A stretch of DNA of 32,000 nt from an uncultured Erysipelotrichaceae bacterium (lineage in GTDB: Bacteria; Bacillota_I; Bacilli_A; Erysipelotrichales; Erysipelotrichaceae), in contig OW818668.1 of the NCBI GenBank assembly GCA_942493105.1, positions 240,001 to 272,000 on the forward strand, given 5' to 3'. Within the stretch, counting starts at the first letter, position 1, and every line of letters starts with the position of its first letter. A program made the translations under genes and the position numbers. Shown piece after piece: positions 1 to 8,162 of the stretch. The notes beneath the pieces were generated by a model that saw only the letters and a list, made by a program, of their open reading frames with translations, was not told where the DNA came from and did no database searches.

Positions 1-727
1 GATTAGAAGATTTATGATAACATAAGACAGTCCCATCTTCATTCAGGTAAGTACCGCCGACAATATACCCTTCATGATCATAGTCAGGTTTGATTCGTTC
101 ATGCTTTATAGGAAAAGAGTAAAACTTTCTGTATACATTGATAATCTCAACCTTGGTTTCGTTGTAGGTTAGGGTATAGTAATTGAAATTACAGTCATTT
201 TCATTTATATTCTTAAATCTTGTTCTTATCTCATCTTTCAACTCCCCTCTCCAATCCTCTAGTACTCCATAACTGATCATCTTTCCTTCACTATCAAATT
301 TTGATAGTGAAAATTGAATGATTTTGTTCACATAGATATTTCCATGAAACACAAAAGACCATTCGACTTCGCCTTCTCGAAAGAAAAACTCTGTTACTTT
401 AATATCTTCTTTGCCCCATAAATGATGATGAGTCGTACGAATTAGAATGTTATTCGAATCAAAATCGTGAACAAATACATCATCAAGTATCTTAGGTACC
501 CTACTTAACTTTCTTCCCAAGTCAAGGTTAGTTACCTGTATTTTCATGAAAGGTACTTTTTGGTAGTATCCGCCAATTTCAGATTTACATCTAGAATACT
601 CTTTTTTGACTGTCCTCTTGTCAAATTCAGCATAAAGTTCATTTATGTCCCTTGTTAAGGCATCAAAATTCTTTGAATTGGCGATTATATCAAGCATATG
701 TCTTAATTCATCATTATATTCGTTCAT
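1..727 (-). CDS. hypothetical cassette protein, C-terminal part lies beyond window start
   Basis: Hand translation of the minus strand from ATG at 727 (GGGGG RBS 5 nt upstream) stays open to position 2, at least 242 codons (MNEYNDELRHMLDIIANSK...). It is absent from the ORF track because it has no stop inside the window. No domain recognised. Confidence 0.6.
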   Translation of the reverse strand, partial: MNEYNDELRHMLDIIANSKNFDALTRDINELYAEFDKRTVKKEYSRCKSEIGGYYQKVPFMKIQVTNLDLGRKLSRVPKILDDVFVHDFDSNNILIRTTHHHLWGKEDIKVTEFFFREGEVEWSFVFHGNIYVNKIIQFSLSKFDSEGKMISYGVLEDWRGELKDEIRTRFKNINENDCNFNYYTLTYNETKVEIINVYRKFYSFPIKHERIKPDYDHEGYIVGGTYLNEDGTVLCYHKSSN

Positions 728-807
728 CTTGACCCCCATTAAGTTATGTTACTTAAGATAGTTTGTCCTTTACAAAGCACCTATAATGCAGCTTGACTCT
801 TGATTTC

Positions 808-836
808 ATTATCCCTTTTCTTCATCTATTAGTTTA
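808..836 (-). promoter_or_regulatory. conserved cassette promoter-like module (TAAACT-17-GATAAT)
   Basis: Minus strand reads TAAACT, a 17-nt spacer, then GATAAT. It belongs to the recurring ~40-nt module CTAA..GATGAATAAAAGGGATAATG and lies between repeat ICR1 and the ORF starting at 727. Confidence 0.45.
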
Positions 837-855
837 CTTCAATTCATCTAATCCC

Positions 856-970
856 AGAACTCACCACGGTCTTCGTATTCGCTCCATATGGAGCATTCCC
901 CACAATCTAGTATGAACGCTTAGGCACACCCAATCGTGTCCCACAGTGAGTTTGCCAAGACCGTGGTCTG
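856..970. repeat. ~115-nt inter-cassette repeat, copy 1 (ICR1)
   Basis: AGAAC flank. Terminal inverted repeat ACCACGGTCTT (863-873) / AAGACCGTGGT (957-967). Internal palindrome GCTCCATATGGAGC. Same orientation as the other six copies. Confidence 0.9.
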
Positions 971-998
971 CATCGCAATCTAAAACCAGTATTTCTGT

Positions 999-1628
999 TT
1001 ACTTGTACTGATTTGATTTTTCCTCATATTCTGTTGCTTTAACCAGATCCCCTAAACGTTTATAAAACAAGGATTCGAATTTGTAGCCAAATCGTTTAAT
1101 ATCATCATAATCATATTCTGTGATGATTTTCTCAATCATCTCTATACTCCAGGTCAAAACTTCAGTGGTTGCATCGCTATCTTGTTGGATCAAAGTAAAA
1201 GGAGCTAGTATACTTAAATAATCTGAAGAGGCTATGAGTAATTTATATCGCATCTCAAATGCTTCCTTAAATTCGGAAATTTGATCTAATTGATAAAGTG
1301 CAAAAAGGTATTCAATATAGAAAATCTCATAGTCTTGTTCTGTCATGTTAGTTGGTTTGTTTTCTATTGCTAAATAATAGTATTTTGCTTTTTCTTTATA
1401 TTGACCTTCAACCTTAAGCAGAGATTTTATGAGGTTTACCAAACTGTTATCAGAATGGTAAAAATCATATTCTCGTTCATACCATATAACCGCTTCGCTA
1501 TAATTACTCCTAGATACATAAAAGTCTCCAATTTGTCTTGAAAAAACATTTAAACTGAGACCTAGAACTATCGTTAATCCAATAGCAGAGGCAAATATAA
1601 TCAACAGAACTTTTATTGGCTTTTTCAT
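999..1628 (-). CDS. N-terminally membrane-anchored helical protein, paralog of 7356..8018
   Basis: 209-aa ORF with RBS GGAAAGGGGA. One N-terminal TM helix (VLLIIFASAIGLTIVLGLSL). The stretch RQIGDFYVSRSNYSEAVIWYEREYDFYHSDNSL aligns by eye with KRIGDSYYKAGKWGESLFWYQVNYEIFRSNESL of the 220-aa ORF. Confidence 0.7.
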   Translation of the reverse strand: MKKPIKVLLIIFASAIGLTIVLGLSLNVFSRQIGDFYVSRSNYSEAVIWYEREYDFYHSDNSLVNLIKSLLKVEGQYKEKAKYYYLAIENKPTNMTEQDYEIFYIEYLFALYQLDQISEFKEAFEMRYKLLIASSDYLSILAPFTLIQQDSDATTEVLTWSIEMIEKIITEYDYDDIKRFGYKFESLFYKRLGDLVKATEYEEKSNQYK

Positions 1629-1649
1629 TCTATCCCCTTTCCATTAGTT

Positions 1650-1764
1650 AGAGCGCACCACGGTCTTCGTATCCGCTCCAGGTGGAGCATTCTCCACACT
1701 CGAGTATGAATGCTTAGGCACAGCCAATCGTATCCCACGGTGAGTTTGCCAAGACCGTGGTCTG
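1650..1764. repeat. ~115-nt inter-cassette repeat, copy 2 (ICR2)
   Basis: ACCACGGTCTT 1657-1667, AAGACCGTGGT 1751-1761, GCTCCAGGTGGAGC. The left flank is diverged (GAGCG instead of AGAAC). Confidence 0.9.
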
Positions 1765-1826
1765 AGTGCTCAGGGGCTCATACTACTTTAACATTTCGAA
1801 TCTGCAAAAATCGACCTGTTCCACTA

Positions 1827-3755
1827 TTACTTGGTCACATTGTAATAATATTCGATGTCGCTTAGACCAATTGTCTGTGTAGTCCCATCTGAATATTCGA
1901 CAATGATTTCGCTAATTGTCGATGAGTCGTAAGAATAGCTGTAAAAAAGTGTAGTATTTCTTTTGTAAGAAGATGTTGCACCTGCAGCTAATGGTCCTGT
2001 GTATTTCAATCTAGTATAGTTTTTCCCGTCTATATAATCGTAAACTAAATCACCTACAGAATTGAAGTTATACCATTGAATAACAACATAATTGATTTTT
2101 TTAGAAGTATTATTCTTAATTCTGAAATTCCATTCTATACCACCAAACATGTCAGATGTATAATGCCAATTAAGTAGTGTTACAGGGGATAGTTGCTTAA
2201 CAAAAAACTCGCATGTAGCCACTTTTCCATTTGATGATGTTGCTGTTATTGTTGCAATACCATATGTATGAGCGGTAACAATTCCGTTTGAAACAGATAT
2301 TACATTACTATTTGAGCTCGTCCATACAACAGATTTAACAGTTGTGTTTGATGGCAATACTGTTGCTTTTAGTAGCAAACTATTGCCCACTTTTAAGTCA
2401 TAAGTAATATAATTCAAAGAAATTGAATCTGCTAACACTTCAGTAACAGTGACTGTTATGTTAGCCTTTACCCCATTGACAGCAGTGGCAGAGACCGTAA
2501 CTGTCCCGGTTTTTACTGCTGTGATTTTTCCATTTTCAACTGAAGCAACTGATGGGTCCGAAGAAGTCCAAGTTAGTAAATTATCTTTAGCTTCAACAGG
2601 CAGGATTGATACAGTTAGAATAGCAGTTTTGAGTCTCTCCAGAGATAATGTTTCAATGCCTAACGTAATTGATGCTACCTCATAATATGTAGAAACAACT
2701 ACACTCGAACTTACCCCATTTTTGGTGGTAGCAGTAATCGTAGTTGATCCTTTTGACATAGCCGACATTACTCCATTTTGATCGACAGAGATAACTGACG
2801 GATTTGACGATTCCCAGACTACCTTTTTTTCCGTAGCATTCAAAGGGAAATAATCTGCTGTTAAAGAGCCTGTTTTGCCAACGATTACGGATGTTGGCCC
2901 CTGCAAAGTTACGGAGCTTACATCAACATACCTAATATGAACGACTATTGAATCCATAATATTTTTACTACCAAGGACTTTTATGGTTACGTCGCCTTCT
3001 GACAATCCTATGATGACACCATCTTTAATTGTAGCTATTGACTCGTCTGAGGATTCCCAAGCAAGTTTTTTTATATCATAATCTATCGGATCAGTAATCA
3101 CAGTTATTGTTGCTGTATCGCCAATCGCTACTGTAACTACTGCATTTTGGATTTCTACATTAGTTATTGGATCACTTGGTGGAAACATTCCTATAAGTAA
3201 CATAAACACTATAGGAGTGATAATTGGGACCAACTTCAACAATTTAGTTTTTGATGGGTCTTCTCCAAATTTCTTCTTTAATGGTATATAAACTAATGGA
3301 GTTAGTGAAATCCCTAAGAAGATAAAAATCAACCCAGATATCTGATTTATAGAAATTAATCCACTCAGAATGAATATGACACCAAAGAAATATCGTGCTA
3401 CTGAACTAATCTTCTTGCGGGATTTAGGCTCACTTCTTGGCTTTTGGGCATTAATAGGTTTTGCTGAAAAGTTTGTTTTCGCCTGTTGAGTTTGCTTTAT
3501 TGGTTTACTAAAGTCACTTTGAAATAGTGGTCTATCGCTTTCCCTTTGAGACGCTTTGAATAAATGTTGCCCATCTTCAATGGGTACCGTATTCGTATTT
3601 TCAATAGTCGAATCTACAATTTCAGGATCCTTTTTTTGTGTTTCAGGCGCAACAAAGGATTTTTGAATTTCGTTCTTTATAGCGCTTCCACATGAACTGC
3701 AAAACTTCTCACTACCTGTTAGTGGTCTTCCACATGTCGAACAGAACTTTGCCAT
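1827..3755 (-). CDS. zinc-ribbon / transmembrane / 4x Big_2 (bacterial Ig-like) repeat surface protein
   Basis: 642-aa ORF with RBS AAGGGGGGG. N-terminal CxxC..CxxC motif (FCSTCGRPLTGSEKFCSSCG). Hydrophobic segments around aa 120-190. Four repeats carrying W(E/T)SS(D/N)xS(V/I) Big_2-like signatures, plus a distinct C-terminal beta-rich domain. Confidence 0.8.
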   Translation of the reverse strand: MAKFCSTCGRPLTGSEKFCSSCGSAIKNEIQKSFVAPETQKKDPEIVDSTIENTNTVPIEDGQHLFKASQRESDRPLFQSDFSKPIKQTQQAKTNFSAKPINAQKPRSEPKSRKKISSVARYFFGVIFILSGLISINQISGLIFIFLGISLTPLVYIPLKKKFGEDPSKTKLLKLVPIITPIVFMLLIGMFPPSDPITNVEIQNAVVTVAIGDTATITVITDPIDYDIKKLAWESSDESIATIKDGVIIGLSEGDVTIKVLGSKNIMDSIVVHIRYVDVSSVTLQGPTSVIVGKTGSLTADYFPLNATEKKVVWESSNPSVISVDQNGVMSAMSKGSTTITATTKNGVSSSVVVSTYYEVASITLGIETLSLERLKTAILTVSILPVEAKDNLLTWTSSDPSVASVENGKITAVKTGTVTVSATAVNGVKANITVTVTEVLADSISLNYITYDLKVGNSLLLKATVLPSNTTVKSVVWTSSNSNVISVSNGIVTAHTYGIATITATSSNGKVATCEFFVKQLSPVTLLNWHYTSDMFGGIEWNFRIKNNTSKKINYVVIQWYNFNSVGDLVYDYIDGKNYTRLKYTGPLAAGATSSYKRNTTLFYSYSYDSSTISEIIVEYSDGTTQTIGLSDIEYYYNVTK

Positions 3756-3764
3756 AACCCCCCC

Positions 3765-4235
3765 TTAATACTCTAGGTATTTTGCATAATATTTGAATAA
3801 AAAACTATTTGTCTTAACTGTCACAGTTTTTTTTCTTCCATTACTATAAATCAACAAAAACGTCGATTCTTTCTTATTCTTACCGCTTATAGCTCCTCCT
3901 AGTAGACCAACTGGACCTAATAATGCTCCACCTATAGCTCCACGAACTATTGAACTTGTAGCTGATTTTCTTGAATCGTTCCCAACAATTATTGTCTTAA
4001 CAATATATGGTCGAGTTGCTTTTTTAACAGTAGGATTAATTGTTCTGGTCTGAAAGTTTGATTTCTGTTCTTCAAAAAACGCATTTATCTTTTGATCATC
4101 ACTAAACTCATCATCAATATCCTCATCAGTAACCCTCTCTGATTCGTACTCGGTCTGTATCTGAACTTTAAAACCACATTTAGAACAAAATTTTGCATCA
4201 TCACTCATTTTAGAGCCACAGTTTGTGCAGAACAT
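3765..4235 (-). CDS. small zinc-ribbon protein with glycine-zipper segment
   Basis: Start moved to ATG 4235 (RBS GAAAGGA, 8 nt spacing), giving MFCTNCGSKMSDDAKFCSKCG. GAIGGALLGPVGLLGGAISG glycine-zipper. Stop lies 9 nt before the next gene, so it is probably co-transcribed with 1827..3755. Confidence 0.7.
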   Translation of the reverse strand: MFCTNCGSKMSDDAKFCSKCGFKVQIQTEYESERVTDEDIDDEFSDDQKINAFFEEQKSNFQTRTINPTVKKATRPYIVKTIIVGNDSRKSATSSIVRGAIGGALLGPVGLLGGAISGKNKKESTFLLIYSNGRKKTVTVKTNSFLFKYYAKYLEY

Positions 4236-4417
4236 ATTGATCATCCTTTCTAAGTTCAAAAAAGTGGAACGATAATTTAACATCCATTTTCATTAATCTG
4301 AAATATATCTAGTAGATATCGCATTTAATGATTCTAATTCTCTAAAGTAGATACTTATGAATGTTCTTGCTCAAAATTGTTCTAAACCTGAATTAATGCT
4401 TCAAACCCATTATTGCT

Positions 4418-4446
4418 ATTATCTCTTTTATTTATCTGTTAGTCTA
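4418..4446 (-). promoter_or_regulatory. conserved cassette promoter-like module (TAGACT-17-GATAAT)
   Basis: Minus strand reads TAGACT aacagataaataaaaga GATAAT, upstream of the zinc-ribbon gene pair. Confidence 0.45.
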
Positions 4447-4636
4447 CCTATTATGCGTCTGATTTGTTGACAAATCAATACAGTTAGTTTCTCCCCTCTG
4501 TCAATCCGGGACACTTAGTGATGTGTATTGCATAAGGGAGTATTAGCTTAAGGGCAAGAAGGCGTATTCGTGTCTGTGCCTAATTTAATCAATACATGAT
4601 ATTGAGTTATGAAGTCGTAAATTCCGTCTCATCTGT

Positions 4637-5173
4637 TTACTGGATAAATGCCTGTATAAAGAAAATTTTCGATATTACACAGTAGTAAACGTACTCATCA
4701 ATGCTAAACGTTCCATCATCATTTATAGTTGCACTGAAATTAGGATAATAGCTATTTTCGGAGCTAAAAGACAACTGAACCTTCTTACCAACTTGAGATG
4801 ATTCAGTTTTTCCGGTAATAATGAAATGCACTTTATAAGGAGCAGCTCCTGGATCATCATATAGGTACCCATCAGTTGAACGATTTTTATCTTGATTTAC
4901 TGACTCAAATGACACATTTTTAATCTCAGTTGTTATCGATTTGATATGAATAACGATGTCTGTCCCTGTTACAATCCAGTCAAAAGATTTTGATGGGTAA
5001 AGATCTAGCGAAGACCCATCTGGGTAATTTTTAATTAAACTCGCAATTTTCTCAGACACTTTGATATCAACTAAATCATTGATCTCTTGTTCAGTAAGAG
5101 TTTTTGTCCCTCCATCACCACTGCACCCAGAAACTAACAGCAAAAATACTAACACTGTAATTATCTTTTTCAT
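4637..5173 (-). CDS. lipoprotein of unknown function
   Basis: Start moved to ATG 5173 (RBS AAAGGGGA). Signal peptide with lipobox MKKIITVLVFLLLVSGC. Confidence 0.75.
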   Translation of the reverse strand: MKKIITVLVFLLLVSGCSGDGGTKTLTEQEINDLVDIKVSEKIASLIKNYPDGSSLDLYPSKSFDWIVTGTDIVIHIKSITTEIKNVSFESVNQDKNRSTDGYLYDDPGAAPYKVHFIITGKTESSQVGKKVQLSFSSENSYYPNFSATINDDGTFSIDEYVYYCVISKIFFIQAFIQ

Positions 5174-5310
5174 AAATCCCCTTTGACTGAAATTATACAA
5201 TATTTATTCTTTCAAATTCGTCCTAGTTTTTACTAGTCCGCTTTTATGGTCATCATATAAAGATGCCTTTCCCCTAAATTGTTCCAAAACAGAATTATCT
5301 CTTCAATCTT

Positions 5311-5348
5311 ATTATCCCCATTTTCCCTTATATTCATCCGATAGTCTA
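5311..5348 (-). promoter_or_regulatory. conserved cassette promoter-like module with 9-nt insertion (TAGACT-17-GAAAAT, then GATAAT)
   Basis: Minus strand reads TAGACT atcggatgaatataagg GAAAAT ggg GATAAT, upstream of the lipoprotein gene. Confidence 0.4.
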
Positions 5349-5401
5349 CCTACTATACGTGTATTTTTGGTTCATATTTGAAGTGGCATAGTCCAGTTCT
5401 C

Positions 5402-5517
5402 ATAACGCACCACGGTCTTCGTATTCGCTCCAGGTGGAGCATTCTCACTCTTCTAGTATAAACCGCTTAGGCACACCCAATCGTGTCCCACGGTCGGCTA
5501 TTTAAGACCGTGGTCAG
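5402..5517. repeat. ~115-nt inter-cassette repeat, copy 3 (ICR3), platform-type right end
   Basis: ACCACGGTCTT 5409-5419, AAGACCGTGGT 5504-5514. The 9 nt between CCCACGGT and AAGACCGTGGT read CGGCTATTT instead of GAGTTTGCC, and the right flank is CAGCGTTGTC, as in ICR7. Confidence 0.9.
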
Positions 5518-5669
5518 CGTTGTCTTTTCTCAGTCAAACTGCTCTTGTTATTCAACTTTCATAATCATTCTGTCTCATTCATTCTACCCTATTTTAGAGC
5601 TATATATATCACTAATTTAGTGTTCATTTTCTTATTATTTCGGTTCTCTTTTAAAAAGAAATCTCAAAA
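5518..5669. repeat. ~152-nt conserved platform spacer between ICR3 and att repeat DR1
   Basis: Aligns by eye with 10879-11030 at about 15 mismatches in 152 nt. Non-coding. Contains CTAAAATAGGGTAGAATG (minus strand), which resembles the cassette promoter module. Confidence 0.8.
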
Positions 5670-5760
5670 TCCGTTACACTTTTGTTACACTTGGACAAAG
5701 TGACCTGCAAAAAAGCCTTATAGAATAAGGCTTCGTGAAGTCATGGTGCCATCACCGAGA
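5670..5760. repeat. 91-nt direct repeat DR1: tRNA-Thr 3' fragment plus downstream sequence (att-like)
   Basis: Identical by eye to 11031-11121 and 16807-16897. Ends with TGGTGCCATCACCGAGA, the complement of the last 17 nt of tRNA-Thr. Contains a terminator hairpin copy and GTTACACTTTTGTTACAC (5673-5690). Confidence 0.9.
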
Positions 5761-5972
5761 GCAGAATTTATGCGTATTTTTAGGTGTCAGTTATGATAAA
5801 AAACTTAAAAAACAAGCCTTTTAGTCGATTTTTATCGAATTAAGTTGGATTAAATCGGAATAAAACAGAAAATCCGTTACACATTTGTTACACTTCGGAA
5901 AGACTATTTCAGCCACCATGTTAATCAACAAAAGACTTCACTTTTCTCAACACACCTGAATTTACTCAACAT
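5761..5972. other. non-coding arm region adjacent to DR1, diverged homolog of 11122-11368
   Basis: Shared blocks with 11122-11368: TATTTAGGT, TTATGATAAAAA, a tandem GTTAC repeat, and TTTTCTCAAC. No ORF. Confidence 0.6.
5876..5893. repeat. tandem GTTACAC direct repeat (candidate arm-type recombinase site)
   Basis: GTTACACATTTGTTACAC with 11-nt periodicity. The ~35-nt context AAAATCCGTTACACnTTTGTTACACTT duplicates the left end of DR1, 203 nt away. Confidence 0.55.
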
Positions 5973-6494
5973 TCACTTCTTACTGTTTTTCCATCGTTCT
6001 TCTTCATACCAAGCTTTTCCGGAATATTCGTCCCACTTCGCGATGAATGTCCTATATGATATGTTAAGATTGTAAATTCCAACATGACCATCAAGACAGA
6101 TACTGATTCTATATCTTCCATCATTTGTTTCGGGCAATGCTGATAAATCTTGGATACGACACCAGGATTTCATGGTTTCTTCAAGAATAGTCGCAAATTC
6201 AGAAGGATCTACGTTTCTTGCTGGTTCAGATTTTATTAAGTTCCAGTTTTCGTCAAACTGCGAGTTGGCACAGAATATGATTTCGTCAACTTGAACATCT
6301 TCAAACTCAATGATGCATCCCAGAATACGCATGTCTTCAGTTAATTTATTCTGAGAGTTTTCTGTAGTCGCATTGATATCATCTACGATCCAATGCATTG
6401 TATGTTCCTTAATGGAAAACGACGTGATTTCAGCATCATGGTATGAGAAGTGGCTTATTTCATTAATGGCTTTGTATTTCATGTGATTTATCAC
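5973..6494 (-). CDS. hypothetical cytoplasmic protein
   Basis: 173-aa ORF (GTG 6494 or ATG 6482; the start is uncertain because AGGGAG sits 1 or 13 nt upstream). Acidic, no TM segment, no domain recognised. Confidence 0.6.
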   Translation of the reverse strand: MINHMKYKAINEISHFSYHDAEITSFSIKEHTMHWIVDDINATTENSQNKLTEDMRILGCIIEFEDVQVDEIIFCANSQFDENWNLIKSEPARNVDPSEFATILEETMKSWCRIQDLSALPETNDGRYRISICLDGHVGIYNLNISYRTFIAKWDEYSGKAWYEEERWKNSKK

Positions 6495-6565
6495 ACTCCC
6501 TGTTTGTTCATTCCAATTAAACGAATAGCTTCATGATTAACTATATGCCTAGTTATTATGTTTCT

Positions 6566-6680
6566 AGAACACACCACGGTCTTCGTATTCGCTCCAGGTG
6601 GAGTATTCCCCACAGTCTAGTATGAACGCTTAGGCACATGCAGTCGTGTCCTACGGTGAGTTTGCTAAGACCGTGGTCTG
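6566..6680. repeat. ~115-nt inter-cassette repeat, copy 4 (ICR4)
   Basis: AGAAC 6566-6570, ACCACGGTCTT 6573-6583, AAGACCGTGGT 6667-6677. The most diverged interior of the seven (CACATGCAGTCGTGTCCTACGG). Confidence 0.9.
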
Positions 6681-6732
6681 ATTCAATATTACCGAATACC
6701 AAACATTCCACTATCATAACTGCAGTCATCTA

Positions 6733-7212
6733 TTAATTTACCTTTTCAATAATGGCACCGATCTTACTATGTGGATAATAAATAACTTTAAATCGATCGC
6801 CAATCCTTATTGGATAATAATAAGCCGTAAAACTAAACTCTTCATCTGAAACAACACTTTTTATCACTACTCCTCTTATCTCTATGACATCTTCAGGTCC
6901 AGCACTACTTGGGCTTATTACTACACATTCATCCAAAACATATTCCTTTCTGACAACATTGGGTATATCTGCTAAAACATTAGAGGAAGACAAAACATTA
7001 ACTAGTATTATTATCAAAAAGAAAGAGTAAAGCACAATATGAACTATGGAGTTCATTTTCTCATAGTTAACATTACTCGTAAAGACATTTTGAATTTTGG
7101 TTCTGCTTAAAAATACAATTGCAATAACACATACAATTGGGATAATAAGCACGCCTTGAAGTGAAGCAAAGTATAACTGCGACATTTTGGATAATTGATC
7201 TGAATAATTCAT
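6733..7212 (-). CDS. small two-TM membrane protein
   Basis: 159-aa ORF. Hydrophobic helices GVLIIPIVCVIAIVFL and IVHIVLYSFFLIIILVNVL. Confidence 0.65.
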   Translation of the reverse strand: MNYSDQLSKMSQLYFASLQGVLIIPIVCVIAIVFLSRTKIQNVFTSNVNYEKMNSIVHIVLYSFFLIIILVNVLSSSNVLADIPNVVRKEYVLDECVVISPSSAGPEDVIEIRGVVIKSVVSDEEFSFTAYYYPIRIGDRFKVIYYPHSKIGAIIEKVN

Positions 7213-7274
7213 AATTGTGCCATTACCCCTAACTTGCTACAAATCAGAACTAACTCTTTATTCTTATTAATCTC

Positions 7275-7303
7275 ATTATCCCTTTTATTCATCCGTTAGT
7301 CTA
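7275..7303 (-). promoter_or_regulatory. conserved cassette promoter-like module (TAGACT-17-GATAAT)
   Basis: Minus strand reads TAGACT aacggatgaataaaagg GATAAT, about 60 nt upstream of ATG 7212. Confidence 0.45.
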
Positions 7304-7355
7304 CCTACTATAAGGATATTTAAGGCTCTACTATAAATCGCTGTGGTCCAATCAC

Positions 7356-8018
7356 TCAATTAATTCCATCCTGTAACTCTTGCTTAACTTGCTCATATTG
7401 TTCAATTAGTTTGTCATGCATCTCTGTGTTTCCAAGTTTCTGGTAAATAAGTGATTGGCTATAATAAATAGGTAATTTGAAGATGTTCTTTTGGTTATTT
7501 ACCTCTAGGATATAATCACCTATTTCTATCGCAAACAACAGAGTGTCATTGCTGGCTGAATTATCAAGAGAAATATAGCTTAGAGGTTGAGTGGTATCAA
7601 TGTTTCCAACAAAATCATTAATGCTTTCACGATATACTGTCCTGAATTCTTCTGTATCACCGTTGTCATATAAGGCTTCAATATACTGGATTGTCAAACC
7701 CAAAAGATCATCTTCTTGGAGGATATTTTTTTCTAGCAAAATTGGTGTATATTCGATGGTGATTTTTGTGTTGTTTACTAATAAAGCAGTGAAACACAAT
7801 TCTTTTAAGCTTTCATTACTTCTAAATATCTCGTAGTTTACTTGGTACCAGAAAAGTGATTCCCCCCACTTACCAGCTTTATAATATGAATCACCTATTC
7901 GTTTCGAAATTGAGATAGTACCCGCAACTATTAAACCAATCAATAAAATAAAACTCAATGCTAATTTCTTAAATACTGCAGAGCGTTTTTTTCTTTGGTT
8001 AAATGTCGATTGCGTCAT
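7356..8018 (-). CDS. N-terminally membrane-anchored helical protein, paralog of 999..1628
   Basis: 220-aa ORF with RBS GAGGGGTAGG. One TM helix (LALSFILLIGLIVAGTISI). Similar to the 209-aa ORF along its length. Confidence 0.7.
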   Translation of the reverse strand: MTQSTFNQRKKRSAVFKKLALSFILLIGLIVAGTISISKRIGDSYYKAGKWGESLFWYQVNYEIFRSNESLKELCFTALLVNNTKITIEYTPILLEKNILQEDDLLGLTIQYIEALYDNGDTEEFRTVYRESINDFVGNIDTTQPLSYISLDNSASNDTLLFAIEIGDYILEVNNQKNIFKLPIYYSQSLIYQKLGNTEMHDKLIEQYEQVKQELQDGIN

Positions 8019-8162
8019 ATTACCTACCCCTCAGTGAATTGACCGTCTTTCCTCTAAACTGTATGCATACTCGACTATCCCCCAATGATGCTATTTAAAT
8101 TCATTACTATAAGTATCTGCAATCCACTATCAATCAAGATCAAATAAACTTATGTATGGAAA

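Larger units (their letters stand above)
1..5760 (-). mobile_element. island Z (partial): cassette-array island distal to tRNA-Thr, bounded by DR1
   Basis: Begins (minus-strand sense) with DR1, the platform spacer and ICR3, exactly like island Y. It continues past the window start. No recombinase seen. Confidence 0.45.

Noticed and set aside
2449-2685. Antisense or nested ORFs inside confident genes. Track coordinates: 2449-2685, 7591-7836, 9459-9752, 12529-12714, 13314-13502, 14347-14562, 14756-14971, 15493-15828, 18735-18983, 19308-19490, 20711-20911, 22160-22348, 25253-25645, 26143-26370, 26321-26545, 28189-28371, 28945-29241, 29187-29423, 29575-29772, 31371-31604.
   Set aside because: Each lies wholly within a longer ORF that has recognisable motifs or a good RBS. 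They have low-complexity or odd composition and no RBS of their own. They are typical shadow ORFs.
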